From an uncultured archaeon (GTDB taxonomy: Archaea > Thermoproteota > Bathyarchaeia > Bathyarchaeales > Bathycorpusculaceae): 64,000 bases of DNA. Where the stretch lies: assembly GCA_963782915.1 (NCBI GenBank), contig CAWALK010000020.1, positions 1 through 64,000 on the forward strand, in the 5' to 3' direction. Made by a program: the position numbers and the translations under genes. Positions 40,647-52,314 of the stretch are shown here, in pieces (the first letter of the stretch is position 1; each line of letters opens with the position of its first letter). The notes below the pieces were generated by a model. It searched no databases. It saw only the letters and a list, made by a program, of their open reading frames with translations, and was not told the origin of the DNA.

Positions 40647-43283
40647 ATGAGTCAACCGCATACACGTCAGCCACAGGATGTGGCTTCAGCGTTAGGCTCC
40701 AACCCGGAGAGGGGCTTAACGGAGCAGGAGGCAGCAACGCGGCTAAACAGGTACGGCAAAAACAGTTTGGTTCAGGAACGAGAAATTCGTTTTTTGGGGA
40801 TTTTAAGAGAAGAAATCACTGAACCCATGATACTGCTGCTTTTGGCCATTGGCGTTGTATACAGTGTTTTAGGGGTAGTGACTGGTCGCGGATTAACAGA
40901 TGCCGCTACAATCATAATCATAATCATTATTCTCGTGTTGGCTGAGGTTTGGAATGAATATAGGGCTAAGCGTTCGGTAAATGCGCTTCGACAGTTGGCT
41001 CCGCCTACTGCTACTGTGCTGAGGAATGGGCAACAGGTGGAAGTGCAAACAGCCAATCTGGTACCCGGCGATGTACTGTTGCTTAAGGTTGGGCAGCGTG
41101 TGCCGGCAGACGCCCGAATCTTAGAAGCTTACGGTTTAGAAGTAGACGAATCCTCGTTGACGGGGGAATCGTTCCCAGTTGCAAAAGACGCTTCCGCTGT
41201 GCTATCGGCTGAAACTCGGGTAACCGACCAAACCAACATGGTCTTCACAGGCACAGTCATAACAAGAGGCAGAGCAAAAGCCCTCATAACCCAGACAGGA
41301 ATAGCAACGGAGCTGGGCAGAATCGCCGGCATAACCAAAGCCGCCAAAGAATCCAAAACGGCACTGCAGGTGGCGATGAAGCAACTCTCCAAAACGCTGG
41401 TTTGGGTAGCGCTCTTCTTTGCTATACTAATCCCAGTTCTGGCTTACATCCGAGGACTGCAGGGTCCTGTACCTCTTAGCGCCGGTGATGCTGTGCTTTA
41501 TGGGCTTTCGCTGGCGTTTGTTGTTATCCCCGAGGAGATGCCTATAATCATCACCATGGTCTTGGGTGTCGGCAGCTACGCATTGTCACGGAAAGGCGCG
41601 ATTGTAAAGCGATTGCGTGCAGCTGAAACCTTAGGCAACGTAACCGTCATCGCCACAGACAAAACAGGTACCATCACAGAGAATAAACTGCGAATCGAGC
41701 ACCTATACTTCGACGGCGCCATACGTCCTTCAAGCCAGTTCAAAGAGAATGAGAAAGCTGCACTGAGAACGGCGTTTTTGGCAAGTGATGCGGCAGGCGC
41801 TTTGGGCAATCCATTGGCTAAGGCGATTTCGGAGCGTCTCAGGCAAGACGGCGTCGATACGCAGACGTTGACGAATGGGTGGGTGCTTAAGGATGAGTTA
41901 AGTTTTGATGTTAACCGCAAACTCGCCTCTTACATTTACCAATACGGAAACTCGACAGTGGTTCTCTCAAGTGGTGCCCCTGAGCGAATCCTTGAAAGGT
42001 CAAATAGAATTCTTTTGGAAGGACAAGAAACACCCCTCACCGATGAGTTGCGAAGCAGTGTTTCCAAGGCAGCAGCGCAAATGGCGCATACAGGCGAGCG
42101 CCTCTTGGCATTTGGCTACCACCGCTTACCCACTGATGCCGCTAACGCAGACATCGAGCAAGAAATCGTTTTAGTAGGCATCATCGGCTTCATCGATCCG
42201 CCCCGCAAAGAAGTAGGCGAGGCCATTAAAACCTGCCAGCAAGCAGGCATACGCATCATCATGATTACAGGCGACCACCCAGAAACCGCCAAAACCATCG
42301 CTGGACAAGTCGGCATCAACAACACCCGAGTCTTGACTGGCAGCGAAATGGCAGCGATGACTGACGACGCTCTAAAAGACGCTTTGAGGAGCACTCATGT
42401 GTTTGCCCGTGCAACCCCAGAGGATAAACTGCGTTTAGTCCGTTTGTTAAAGGTAAATGGGGAAATCGTAGCGGTTACGGGAGACGGCATCAACGATGCT
42501 CCGGCACTTAAAGAGGCGCATATCGGCATCGCTATGGGTGTCCGAGGCACCGACGTAGCTAAAGAAGCGGCATCCATGATACTGGTTGACGACAACTTTG
42601 CCACTATCGAAACTGCGGTGAGTGAGGGACGCAGGCTCTACAGCAACCTCCGTAAAGGCGTCCGCTACTATTTAGCATGCAAAGTTGCGTTGGTTTCAAT
42701 CTTCCTTGTCCCAATCATACTGGGCATTCCGTTGCCGTTTGCGCCAATTCAAATCATCGTCCTCGAATTATTCATGGACTTAGCCGCTTCCGCCACCTTC
42801 GTCGCTGAACCCCAAGAAAAAGGCGCCATGAAAAAACCGCCAAATGACCCCGCGGAGAAATTCATGGACAAACGGATGCTAAGACCCCTATTCATAGGTG
42901 CCTTAAGCCTATTCTTAGCGGTCACAGCAACTTACCTGTTCACGTACTACACGGCAGCGGCAACAATGACTATTGAAAACGCAACATTGTATGCTCGGAC
43001 GGTGGCGTTCGCAACTTGGATGTTTGGTCACATCTTTTTAGCGTTGAATTTCCGCTCAGAAAACGTGCCGCTGCTCAAGCAGGGCATCTTAACAAACAAA
43101 GTTATGCTCCTATGGGCGCTAATAGTGATTGTTGTGTTAGGGTTGGGTACCTCAGTGCCGTTTATGCAGGCGGCACTTCAGATTACCGGTTTGGAGCCCT
43201 CGGCCTGGGCTTTGGCGATTGGCGTGTCGTTTGCGGCGACGTTTTGGATGGAACTCAAAAAGATGCTAACCGGCAAAATTTAA
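40647..43283 (+). CDS. P2-type cation-transporting ATPase
   Basis: TGES, DKTGT, TGD, GDGINDAPAL. Confidence 0.95.
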   Translation: MSQPHTRQPQDVASALGSNPERGLTEQEAATRLNRYGKNSLVQEREIRFLGILREEITEPMILLLLAIGVVYSVLGVVTGRGLTDAATIIIIIIILVLAEVWNEYRAKRSVNALRQLAPPTATVLRNGQQVEVQTANLVPGDVLLLKVGQRVPADARILEAYGLEVDESSLTGESFPVAKDASAVLSAETRVTDQTNMVFTGTVITRGRAKALITQTGIATELGRIAGITKAAKESKTALQVAMKQLSKTLVWVALFFAILIPVLAYIRGLQGPVPLSAGDAVLYGLSLAFVVIPEEMPIIITMVLGVGSYALSRKGAIVKRLRAAETLGNVTVIATDKTGTITENKLRIEHLYFDGAIRPSSQFKENEKAALRTAFLASDAAGALGNPLAKAISERLRQDGVDTQTLTNGWVLKDELSFDVNRKLASYIYQYGNSTVVLSSGAPERILERSNRILLEGQETPLTDELRSSVSKAAAQMAHTGERLLAFGYHRLPTDAANADIEQEIVLVGIIGFIDPPRKEVGEAIKTCQQAGIRIIMITGDHPETAKTIAGQVGINNTRVLTGSEMAAMTDDALKDALRSTHVFARATPEDKLRLVRLLKVNGEIVAVTGDGINDAPALKEAHIGIAMGVRGTDVAKEAASMILVDDNFATIETAVSEGRRLYSNLRKGVRYYLACKVALVSIFLVPIILGIPLPFAPIQIIVLELFMDLAASATFVAEPQEKGAMKKPPNDPAEKFMDKRMLRPLFIGALSLFLAVTATYLFTYYTAAATMTIENATLYARTVAFATWMFGHIFLALNFRSENVPLLKQGILTNKVMLLWALIVIVVLGLGTSVPFMQAALQITGLEPSAWALAIGVSFAATFWMELKKMLTGKI

Positions 43284-43349
43284 GTTCCAAGTTTTACCAA
43301 CCGTTTTTTTGTCAAATTTTATTTAGGGGTAGCACGCTACAATGGATGG

Positions 43350-44438
43350 GTGAGGGGTGGTGGAGTGGGGAGTTTAGAGACTAAACCAGCTGCTGCAAAC
43401 TATTCTATCGATATAATCCGTTTCTTCGCCATTGCCATGGTTATTCTGCTTCACTGCTCAGGTTTCCCCTACCATTTCACAAACCCACAAATCACCTCTA
43501 TAGACATCGTAAACTGGTTCACAACCGACGTTTACGCAGCCTTTGGCATGCTCGGTGTACCCTTATTTGTTATGTTGACGGGGGCTTTGCTGCTTAACCC
43601 AAACAGGGAAAATGAGCCTCTGCGAGTGTTTTATAGAAAACGGCTTGACCGCATTGCGTTGCCGTTTATTTTTTGGACCATAATCTACTTTGCATGGAGC
43701 TTCACAATTCTCGGCAAACCTTTTACATTAACTAAAATCGGGGAAGGCTTGCTGGGCGGCTCCTATGCTCATTTGTGGTATCTGTATTTGCTTATGGGAC
43801 TATATGCTCTTACGCCTGTGCTGCGGGTGCTGGTGAAGCATTTAGACCGTAAATTATTCACTTACCTGCTTGTGCTGTGGTTTGCAGGGACAATTGCTAC
43901 CCCAATTATCCACAACCTTACCAGCTTGAACTATTTCCCTTACACCTTCATCGTAGTCGATTGGGTGGGGTACTTCCTCATAGGCGCCTACCTGCTCGAA
44001 ACTGAGTTTCCGCGTTCAAAAGCCATCCTCATCGCTTCCGCAGGCGTCATAGCCACAATAGTAGGCGAATGGCTCCTCACAGGTACAATGGGAGAAAAAT
44101 ACACCGGTTTCCTACACAGCTATGTAAGCCCCACAGTCATGGTTGCCAGCATCGCGTTGTTCTTTGTTCTGATTTCGTGGGATTCAAATCGACTAGCCAG
44201 CCACACCAAACTCGGCGGCGTTATCCATTGGGTAAGCCAAAACACGCTACCAATCTATCTCATTCATATGTTGGTGCTGGTATCGCTGTGGATTAATGTG
44301 GGCGGTATCTGGCTAAATTCCATGACGTTTAGTCCATTGTTTGATGTTCCCATCTACGCCGCCATAGTGTTCGCAGTGTCTGCTGGGCTTGTTTATGTGC
44401 TCAAAAAGATACCCCTCGTCAAGCGTTTGGTAGGCTAA
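43350..44438 (+). CDS. Acyltransferase family 3 membrane protein
   Basis: ID..R..A...VI..H, VPLFVMLTG, HLWYL, IYLIH. Confidence 0.88.
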   Translation: MRGGGVGSLETKPAAANYSIDIIRFFAIAMVILLHCSGFPYHFTNPQITSIDIVNWFTTDVYAAFGMLGVPLFVMLTGALLLNPNRENEPLRVFYRKRLDRIALPFIFWTIIYFAWSFTILGKPFTLTKIGEGLLGGSYAHLWYLYLLMGLYALTPVLRVLVKHLDRKLFTYLLVLWFAGTIATPIIHNLTSLNYFPYTFIVVDWVGYFLIGAYLLETEFPRSKAILIASAGVIATIVGEWLLTGTMGEKYTGFLHSYVSPTVMVASIALFFVLISWDSNRLASHTKLGGVIHWVSQNTLPIYLIHMLVLVSLWINVGGIWLNSMTFSPLFDVPIYAAIVFAVSAGLVYVLKKIPLVKRLVG

Positions 44439-44567
44439 CGCCAATTATCCATGGTTATCAGGGTTTAACAAGGTGCTCGGCTAAAGTTATTGCCGAAAAG
44501 CATTGGGGAAGCACTTGATTTTTTAATGTAAACAACATATTCATCTGCAAACGGAAGAGGGAAAGGT

Positions 44568-44975
44568 ATGCCGATTAAGTATTTTGAAGCTCCGGAAATC
44601 AAGCAGCAAGTCGATCAGTTGGCAGCGGAATGCGAATTTTTCCATGTTGTGCCCCAATTCGTCTTCTGTGTCCGCAGCAGAGGCTCCAAGGCACGTCGTA
44701 CAATCGCCCGCATCCATGGACTGGGCAAAATCTGGCAAGGCGTACTGAACCTGCCGCCATCTTACACCATCGAAGTTATCTCGGAAATCTTTGATAAGAT
44801 GTCTGCTGAAGACAGAGAACGAACCCTCATCCATGAATTGATGCATATTCCCGGCGGATTCTCAGGCGGTTTCCGACCGCACAAGGGCTATGTTGAACGC
44901 AAAAACGTGGATGCCGTCTACAAGAAACTCCAGAGTGACCGCGCAGCAAAACGCCAAAAACGGCTTTTCTCCTGA
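44568..44975 (+). CDS. Putative metallopeptidase
   Basis: HELMH motif; RSRGS..ARIHG. Confidence 0.8.
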   Translation: MPIKYFEAPEIKQQVDQLAAECEFFHVVPQFVFCVRSRGSKARRTIARIHGLGKIWQGVLNLPPSYTIEVISEIFDKMSAEDRERTLIHELMHIPGGFSGGFRPHKGYVERKNVDAVYKKLQSDRAAKRQKRLFS

Positions 44976-45117
44976 TTAAAAAGTAGCGGTAGTGTCAAAG
45001 TTTTTAAGCTTCGCAGACGGGGTTAATGAAAGTTGCAGCTTTATCAACGAAAAACCTATAAGTTATAGTTGGCAAAGAAACAAGAAAACTTTGCCGCTAC
45101 ACGGGGTATATTGAGTT

Positions 45118-46740
45118 ATGAAACATGTTATGAAAAGTCTAAAGCACAACGGCATATACGTTCCCCCATATGACCTTAAAGGCTTCAACATAAAAATCCA
45201 AGGTCAATCAATTAAGCTTACAGAGAAATCTGAGCCTATGGCTGTTGCTTGGACACGCCGAGTCCTATCAACCACCATACCAGCGCCAGATAAAGTCTTC
45301 ACTAAAAACTTTATGAAAGAATTTCTTGAGCAACTACACAACGAGAACCCTCAAGCAAAATACCTCAACAGTTTCACCAGTAAATATCTTGACAGCATCG
45401 AAAATCAGCCTGCTACACAGAACAACGGTGGACAGAGCCTCGACATAGACTTCACCGAAATCAGAGCATTCATTCTTGACGATAAAGCCAAAAAAGAAGC
45501 CATAAGCAAAGAAGAGAAAAAGAAGCAGGCTGAAGAACGCAAAGTCAAACGATTAGAATACAAAGAAAAATATGGCTACGCCCTAGTCGATGGTCAACGC
45601 TTAGAAGTCGCTAACTGGACCTCAGAACCCAGCTGCCTCTTCGCAGGACGCGGCGACCACCCACAACGCGGCAAATGGAAAGAAGGACCAACCCAAGCAG
45701 ACATCACACTCAACCTCTCACCAGACGCACCCAAACCTGAAGGCTGGAAATTCACTTGGGAACCCAACAAAATGTACGTTGCCAAATGGATCGATAAACT
45801 CACTGGCAAAGTCAAATACGTCTGGTTTAGCGACACCGCGTTTCTTAAGCAGAACCGTGAGATGGAGAAATTCCAGAAAGCCGAAACCTTAGGCAAGCAA
45901 ATCAAGCAAATCGAAACTCATATCCTCAAAAACACAGAATCTAAAGATGTAGAACGCCGCAAAGTAGCTACGGTTTCTTGGCTTATACTTGTCCCCAACA
46001 TGAGGGTTGGCGACGAAAAGGACCCAGACGAAGCCGACACAGTAGGCGCCATCACCCTGCGCTCCGAGCACATAAAAGTCGTCGGCGACACCTTGCACTT
46101 TGACTTCTTAGGCAAAGACAGCGTCCGCTGGGTAAAAGAATACCCTGCACCCCCCTCAGTCATCAAAAACATCCAAGAATTCTCAAAAGACACAACCAAA
46201 GAATACCTCTTCCAAGGCATCGACAGCAAAAAAGTCAGCCGCTTCCTCATCGAAAAAATGCCCAAATTAACCGCCAAAGTCTTCAGAACATGGAGATGCA
46301 CAAAAACCGTCAAAGAAGAACTCGAAAAAAGCGGCGTAACCAAAGAAGACCCCGACTACAAGAAAAACTTTGCAGCAAAAATGGCAAACTTTAAAGTCGC
46401 CGAAGTCGCAAACCACAAACGCAAAATCCCACCCACCTTCGACCAACGCGTCGCAGACAAAGAAGCCAAACTCAAAGACATGCAAGAACTGCTCAAAGCC
46501 AAAACCAAAGAAGGCAAAAAAATCGAATCTCTCCAAACCCGCATTGAACGCGCCAAACTCGACTTAGAATTAACCAAACTAACCCGCGAATACAACCTTG
46601 GCACCTCACTGAAAAGCTACATTGACCCAACCGCCTACGTGAAATGGGCAAAGAAAGTCAAATTCGACATCGAAAAATTCTATCCCACAACACTTCGCAG
46701 CAAATTCAGTTGGGCACTACAGCAAGGGCAAAAAGGCTAA
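45118..46740 (+). CDS. DNA topoisomerase IB (eukaryote-like)
   Basis: LKHNG, GRGDHP..G, RVGDEK, FLGKDS, AKVFRT, NHKR, TSLKSYIDP. Confidence 0.95.
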   Translation: MKHVMKSLKHNGIYVPPYDLKGFNIKIQGQSIKLTEKSEPMAVAWTRRVLSTTIPAPDKVFTKNFMKEFLEQLHNENPQAKYLNSFTSKYLDSIENQPATQNNGGQSLDIDFTEIRAFILDDKAKKEAISKEEKKKQAEERKVKRLEYKEKYGYALVDGQRLEVANWTSEPSCLFAGRGDHPQRGKWKEGPTQADITLNLSPDAPKPEGWKFTWEPNKMYVAKWIDKLTGKVKYVWFSDTAFLKQNREMEKFQKAETLGKQIKQIETHILKNTESKDVERRKVATVSWLILVPNMRVGDEKDPDEADTVGAITLRSEHIKVVGDTLHFDFLGKDSVRWVKEYPAPPSVIKNIQEFSKDTTKEYLFQGIDSKKVSRFLIEKMPKLTAKVFRTWRCTKTVKEELEKSGVTKEDPDYKKNFAAKMANFKVAEVANHKRKIPPTFDQRVADKEAKLKDMQELLKAKTKEGKKIESLQTRIERAKLDLELTKLTREYNLGTSLKSYIDPTAYVKWAKKVKFDIEKFYPTTLRSKFSWALQQGQKG

Positions 46741-46779
46741 GGCAGATGAAGCATGCCCCGATTCTGAGTGCATAACTGC

Positions 46780-47061
46780 ATGAGCATAAAAGAAACCAAA
46801 GAGGGCATTGTCCTCTCCATTTTTGTTAAACCCAACAGCCCCAAATTCAAAATCGAACTCGACGGCGACGAAGTGGTTGTTTATGCTACTGAAGAGCCTG
46901 AGAAGGGCAAAGTAAACAAGGAAATCATGAAGGAAGCGGGGAAGCTTTTGGGGTTTAGGGTGGAGATTATTTCGGGCTTAACTTCAAAGCAGAAGATGCT
47001 GCTTCTGAGAGGCGCAAGCAAGGCTTCAATTGAAGCTAAAATGACCGCTTTAAGTAGATAA
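46780..47061 (+). CDS. DUF167/YggU family protein
   Basis: VKPNS, PEKGKVN, ISGLTSK. Confidence 0.85.
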   Translation: MSIKETKEGIVLSIFVKPNSPKFKIELDGDEVVVYATEEPEKGKVNKEIMKEAGKLLGFRVEIISGLTSKQKMLLLRGASKASIEAKMTALSR

Positions 47062-47099
47062 TGCCAAACTTCATATGGATGCCAGTTCAAGCCTAAACT

Positions 47100-48417
47100 A
47101 TGAATAGGCGTCTTGCAGTACTTGCGAGCATATTCTTAATTGCTGTAATCGTGGGTTCCACGGTTTGGTATATTGAAACGCGATTGCCTGGAACCGACAA
47201 AGGAAGCATCATTTGGGAAACTGACCTTCCATCTACTGCAACCGACATAGCAGTTGCAGACCAAAAAATCTTCTTAGCCGACAAAAGCACACTATACTGC
47301 TTAAGCGCAACCGACGGCAGTGCCCTTTGGAACACCAGCTACGGATTTGCAGACTACGGTTCAAGATTAACCGTTTACAATAACAGAGTCTACGTTGCCA
47401 CAGTTGGCTTAATGATTAGAAGCTTCAACGAAAATACGGGTCAAGCCGAATTCAATTATACCGCACCACCGACTGGCGTCAACGATCACAAAAGAACAGC
47501 TAACATTCTGTTGGCTGAAGGGAAATTATTCGCTTACGGCGCTGGCACTACAGTTTATAATGCGGCAAATGGGCAAGAACTATGGGAACAATCAGGACGC
47601 ACTTTGTACAAACCTCAAATGAGCGATGCAGCACAAAAGCTACCGCCCAGCAATTATACTTACATTGTAGGTCCTTCACGAGTTAACCCAAACACTGGCG
47701 AAACAATCTGGTCGTTCCCCGCCGCTACTAGTTACCCGCCCATAGTTTACCAAGACAAAGTAATTCTATGGAACTACGCTTCCAAGTATAACTATCCGCA
47801 AACTGAACATGCAATTGTGTGTTTGAACGCCGATACCGGGGAGCAGCTTTGGAGAGTCGATCCAGAAGCTGCTAAGTTTCCAGCCGAGCGTTTCAGGTGA
47901 TTTGCTGCTTTTTGCATCTCAAGATGGCAATTTTTATGCATTTGATCTTTCCAACGGTAGTCAAGAATGGAAAGTTGGTATCGATGATTTAGAGATCATA
48001 AAATCATATAACCAAACGATACGCTCAGGAGACCGTAGTTTAATAGAATACGTCAATCCTTCACCACCACTAATCGACGCCGAACACAATAGGCTCTTTT
48101 GGAGCGTATTCGATAGCCAACAAGTACAGGATAACAAGACTAATCTAGGTTCGTTTATGTGCTTAAACATTCAAAGTGGAAGTAGAGTTTGGTATAAGGC
48201 AGTTGTCAATGACACATCTTTTCATTGGGGCGGGCAAAGTATGGCTGTTTTAAATGATGAGTTGTTTATTTCAGGCAATTATGGGGTTATTTGTTTGAAT
48301 GCGGCTAATGGGGATGTTCAATGGGTGAGACATCTGGATAGTTACTTTTTCACGCCTCTTCTGGTTGGCGATAGAGTGTATCTTTTATCGGATAAGCATC
48401 TGATAGCCTACAAATAA
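47100..48417 (+). CDS. PQQ-type beta-propeller membrane-anchored protein (frameshifted)
   Basis: Repeated L.A.TG...W blades. Confidence 0.8.
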
Positions 48418-48513
48418 GACCTAACGATTACACTGGAACTTAGCGTTCATAAACTTAGAACACAACAAACCATAAAAGCGCTAACAAGGTAAGGTTTTCT
48501 TGTTGGGGAAGAA

Positions 48514-48951
48514 ATGAAAGCAGACCAAAAAACACAATCCGAAGTAACACAGTCCCTAAAGGGAATGTTTGAAGCATACAAAAAACGGGACCTCGAAGGT
48601 GTCCTGTCGTTTTGGGCTCCTGACCCAGACATAATGGTTATCGGTTCAGGCGAAGACGAGAAAGGAATTGGTTTAGACCAGTTTGCTGCGAGTTTAAAGA
48701 GGGATTGGGCGCAGGCAGAGATAACTGCAATCGGCGTTAAGGACTTCAGAGTTTCAGCCTCAGGGTTTGTTGCTTGGTTTGGTGCAGATTTGACCTTTAG
48801 CTTCTCGGTCGGGGGCAAAGAGTCAGCGGTTCCAGGGCGATTAACTGGCGTTATGGAGAAACGCAACGGCAAATGGCTTTGGGTACAGATGCATTTCTCG
48901 ACACCGAGCCGTGAGCAGAAGCAAGGGCAATCTTGGCCAGGCGCTGAGTAA
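48514..48951 (+). CDS. SnoaL/NTF2-like protein
   Basis: RLTGVMEKRNGKWLWVQMHFS. Confidence 0.85.
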   Translation: MKADQKTQSEVTQSLKGMFEAYKKRDLEGVLSFWAPDPDIMVIGSGEDEKGIGLDQFAASLKRDWAQAEITAIGVKDFRVSASGFVAWFGADLTFSFSVGGKESAVPGRLTGVMEKRNGKWLWVQMHFSTPSREQKQGQSWPGAE

Positions 48952-49191
48952 TAGAAAGGATATTTCGTGTTTCGGAATATGCCTTATATGCAAAAGCTGC
49001 CCAATGATAATCAGTAGCGTATTGTAGTTCAAAGGGAGAGGGACTTACACCCTTTCACCTTACCCCAAAACCTTCTAAACAATTTACCTCTATGCAGATT
49101 GCGTTTTAAGTATGGATTAACTGCAAAATTAAAATAAACGCGTTTATATCCTCTCAAAGCTAAACCGTATCGAACTCGAGAGGATTAACAA

Positions 49192-50778
49192 ATGAGCAGC
49201 AACGACGATAACAGAATCATTCCAAGAACAATGTCCACCCAGCATCCAGACAACGCAAACACCCCTGACTGGAGCCGAGACGAAGTAATCGGCGGCAACG
49301 CAGAGGTTTTGGAAGCCTTCAACGCCTACAGTATCCTTGGCTGCCAGGAAGTCATGTGGGATTCGGAAGGCAAAGATGCTGATACCCGCGTCGTGCGAAA
49401 GCTGCTTCAGAAGTACTGGGACTATTTTGCAGGCCACACCATCGGCGAAGACCTATTTTTGACTTACCGTGTTCCTAACCCCAAGATCGAGGGTGCAGAG
49501 AAAAAAATTATCGTCGAAACTCTGCAGAACATACCCGTCGCCTACGACGTAGCCACACTGGTTTACAAACGAGAGGTTTCCCCCCTCTTTGAAGTCATCT
49601 TACCCATGACCACGGAAGCCAAAGAAATCATCATGCTATTCAACTATTACAAAAAAGCCATCGTTGAAGCAGAAGACGCCAAACTCTACGAGGAAACAAC
49701 CGTTAAAGACTGGATGGGCGTCTTTAGGCCTAAAGCCATAAAGGTAATTCCGTTAGTCGAAGACTTCGATAGCATACTAAACGTTGACCAAATAGTTGCT
49801 CCCTACATCAAAGCGGTTAAGCCGAAGCAGCAAAGAGTCTTCGTTGCACGCTCAGACCCCGCATTAAACTACGGTTTCCTATGTGCTGTTTTACTCTCAA
49901 AAATTGCATTAAGCAAACTCAAAGCATTGGAAAAACGGTTTGACACAACCATTCACCCCATCCTCGGAGTAGGATCCAAACCATTTAGAGGCCACCTCTC
50001 ACCAGACAATGTCGACAACTTCCTACAAGAATACAAAGGCCTCTCCACCGTAACCATCCAATCCGCGTTCAGATACGATTACCCAGCCGAGCAAGTCAAA
50101 GAAGGCATACAAACCCTAAACCAAAGATTACCAAACGGCACACCCGAATTCATCGATGAAGCAGAAGAAAAAATACTATTGGGCATACTGGGCAAATGCA
50201 GACAAGAATATGAACGCCAAATCGAAGTCATTGCACCCTTCATCAACGCCGTAGCAGCCTATGTACCAGCCAGGCGCACAAGAAAACTCCACATTGGTTT
50301 ATTCGGTTACAGCAGATGCGTTGCCGGCGTATGCCTCCCCCGAGCTATCTCGTTTGCTACAGCACTCTATAGTGTGGGGATTCCACCAGAATTTCTGGGT
50401 ATGAAAGCGCTTAACCAGCTTAGCGAGCAAGAATGGAAGACCCTAAACAAGCATTACCTCAAGATGCAGTATGACCTAAAAGTAGTCGGCGAATACGTCT
50501 CGTTCAACAACATTAACATGCTCGTTGAAATGAGTCAGGCAGCCGCTAAGCGGTCGGGTATGGGCGAAGAGAAACTCAAGGATGCCCTCGCAACGGTGCT
50601 GGAGGACCTTAATACTGCTGAGGAAAAGCTGGGTATTAAGTTGGGCCCCAGAGGTTTTGCACAGAGAAGACATGAGAACTTTACTAACAACTTTTTGTTG
50701 TCTTTCTTGCAGAAGCAGGATGCTGAGGCGAAGTTGGCGTTGACTGAGTCGGCTAAACTCAGAAAATGCCTGGGCTAA
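49192..50778 (+). CDS. ppcA: Archaeal-type phosphoenolpyruvate carboxylase
   Basis: IPRTMSTQHPDN, MWDSEGK, ARSDPALNYG, FRGH, LPRAI. Confidence 0.95.
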   Translation: MSSNDDNRIIPRTMSTQHPDNANTPDWSRDEVIGGNAEVLEAFNAYSILGCQEVMWDSEGKDADTRVVRKLLQKYWDYFAGHTIGEDLFLTYRVPNPKIEGAEKKIIVETLQNIPVAYDVATLVYKREVSPLFEVILPMTTEAKEIIMLFNYYKKAIVEAEDAKLYEETTVKDWMGVFRPKAIKVIPLVEDFDSILNVDQIVAPYIKAVKPKQQRVFVARSDPALNYGFLCAVLLSKIALSKLKALEKRFDTTIHPILGVGSKPFRGHLSPDNVDNFLQEYKGLSTVTIQSAFRYDYPAEQVKEGIQTLNQRLPNGTPEFIDEAEEKILLGILGKCRQEYERQIEVIAPFINAVAAYVPARRTRKLHIGLFGYSRCVAGVCLPRAISFATALYSVGIPPEFLGMKALNQLSEQEWKTLNKHYLKMQYDLKVVGEYVSFNNINMLVEMSQAAAKRSGMGEEKLKDALATVLEDLNTAEEKLGIKLGPRGFAQRRHENFTNNFLLSFLQKQDAEAKLALTESAKLRKCLG

Positions 50779-50809
50779 CCCCATTTTTACCTCTTTTTGT
50801 TAAACAGTC

Positions 50810-50958
50810 AACTGCAAACGACTATCTAACCAGCCGCTAAGTCAGCACTCGACTAGAGTTAAACCAAAAAATAAGGCAGATGCAGACAAACCTGTTAATT
50901 ATTCTCTGCAACTGTTAAGTCTATATATAAGGGAGGGGACCCTCGCCAAGAGCAACAA
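50810..50958 (+). repeat. Dispersed intergenic element (TATA/G-tract subfamily)
   Basis: TGCAACTGTTAAGTCTATATATAAGGGAGGGGACCCTCGCCAAGAGCAACAA next to the aRF1 stop. Confidence 0.8.
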
Positions 50959-50960
50959 GA

Positions 50961-52259
50961 TTAACCCTGCTGCTTAAAGCGCAGGAAAGCTGCGATGCCG
51001 CCAAACGCGTTTCTAAGCATTTGGCCCTCTTCAGTTTCTGTGGAGATAACCTCAACTTCCACATTAGTCATTTGCGCCAACTCTGCTATGTCGTCTACGA
51101 TGTCTTTTTTGTCGGCAATAGTTATTGATGGTGCCTTGCAGCCGCTACATGGTTTCCCAACCAGTCCTTGCTCAAAGGCTTGCATGTCTTTGCCTTTGAC
51201 TGTGTGTTCCTCTTCGGTATTGCATGCGCCGCATTTTACGATAACACGGTATAAGTCAAGTTCTTCGGATAATAGTACTGTGCGTACTGCGCCTGAGAGC
51301 ATTAAGCGTCGGACTTCTGCTTCACCATAAGTTATGAAGCCGGTGTCGTGGCCGACTTCGTAGAGGAATTTTTGCATTATTTCTTTTTCTTCGATGTAGC
51401 GGACTTTCTTCATGATATCAGGCGCTTTATCAACGACTTCTTTCACGCCCTGTTCTTCCACGTAAGCTGTGTCTACTACGTCGATGATTTTGCCCATCAA
51501 TTGATACTGTAGGTAGTTGCCTTTCTGGAAATCATATTTTGTTGGGCCAGGTCCACCGAGGATGATGCCTTTTAGGTTTTCCATGGGCAAAAAAACGTCG
51601 TTAGCGTGGTTTCCGACACGGGTGAAGTATTCGTTTAGTTGCATGTCCCGCAGACGTTCATAACGTCTTGCTGATTGGCCGCCTGCTTTGGTTTTGCCTG
51701 TGACACCGCTATGCATCTGCATAACAATGTTGAGGTGCTTGCCCTGCAAGGTGGCGACGGTTGCGTTGTTGGCGTCTACGAGTAAGATGCCGTAGGATTC
51801 TTTTTCGCGGAGCATCTCTTGGAGGTGCTCGGTGTGGAATCGGCTGTCGCATCGGTAAAGGAAAATCCTGATTGGTTCCGGCGGAACAATAACGTAGGCT
51901 TCCATGCGTTCGGTTCCGGGTCCGCCGCCAGGCTGTGGCAATGCACCGGTGAAGATGACTATGCCTTTTTGGCCTGGGTCCTTGAAGAGTTTGAGTTTCT
52001 GCTGAGCTTTTGTGATAGCGTCTAATACGTTTTTGCGGGTTACGTTGGATTTGATGTTGCTTGCTGTGCCGTACTCATTACGTAATAGGTTAAGGGCATC
52101 GCTGATTTGTTTATCAGGCGGCACATAGATGGTGATTAATTCTGTGTGACTGCCTTCTTTAGTGGCTAAGCTATTGATTGTTTTTCTTAGCCTGAATAGG
52201 TCAAGAGAGCTCTTTTTTTCGGTACTCAAACTGAAGTCACTGTAAATGTTATAATTCAA
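50961..52259 (-). CDS. prf1: Peptide chain release factor aRF1
   Basis: NIKS, YRCDSRF, GGQS motifs. Confidence 0.97.
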   Translation of the reverse strand: MNYNIYSDFSLSTEKKSSLDLFRLRKTINSLATKEGSHTELITIYVPPDKQISDALNLLRNEYGTASNIKSNVTRKNVLDAITKAQQKLKLFKDPGQKGIVIFTGALPQPGGGPGTERMEAYVIVPPEPIRIFLYRCDSRFHTEHLQEMLREKESYGILLVDANNATVATLQGKHLNIVMQMHSGVTGKTKAGGQSARRYERLRDMQLNEYFTRVGNHANDVFLPMENLKGIILGGPGPTKYDFQKGNYLQYQLMGKIIDVVDTAYVEEQGVKEVVDKAPDIMKKVRYIEEKEIMQKFLYEVGHDTGFITYGEAEVRRLMLSGAVRTVLLSEELDLYRVIVKCGACNTEEEHTVKGKDMQAFEQGLVGKPCSGCKAPSITIADKKDIVDDIAELAQMTNVEVEVISTETEEGQMLRNAFGGIAAFLRFKQQG

Positions 52260-52314
52260 TACTTTACGTTAAGATGAGGAAAATAAAAGTTCCTACTCAA
52301 AGAAACGAGTGAGG

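Noticed and set aside
45118-46740. Topoisomerase IB as a novelty or as the array recombinase
   Set aside because: Eukaryote-like TopoIB is already known in this part of the archaeal tree; it sits 35 kb away among core genes and nothing links it to the sites
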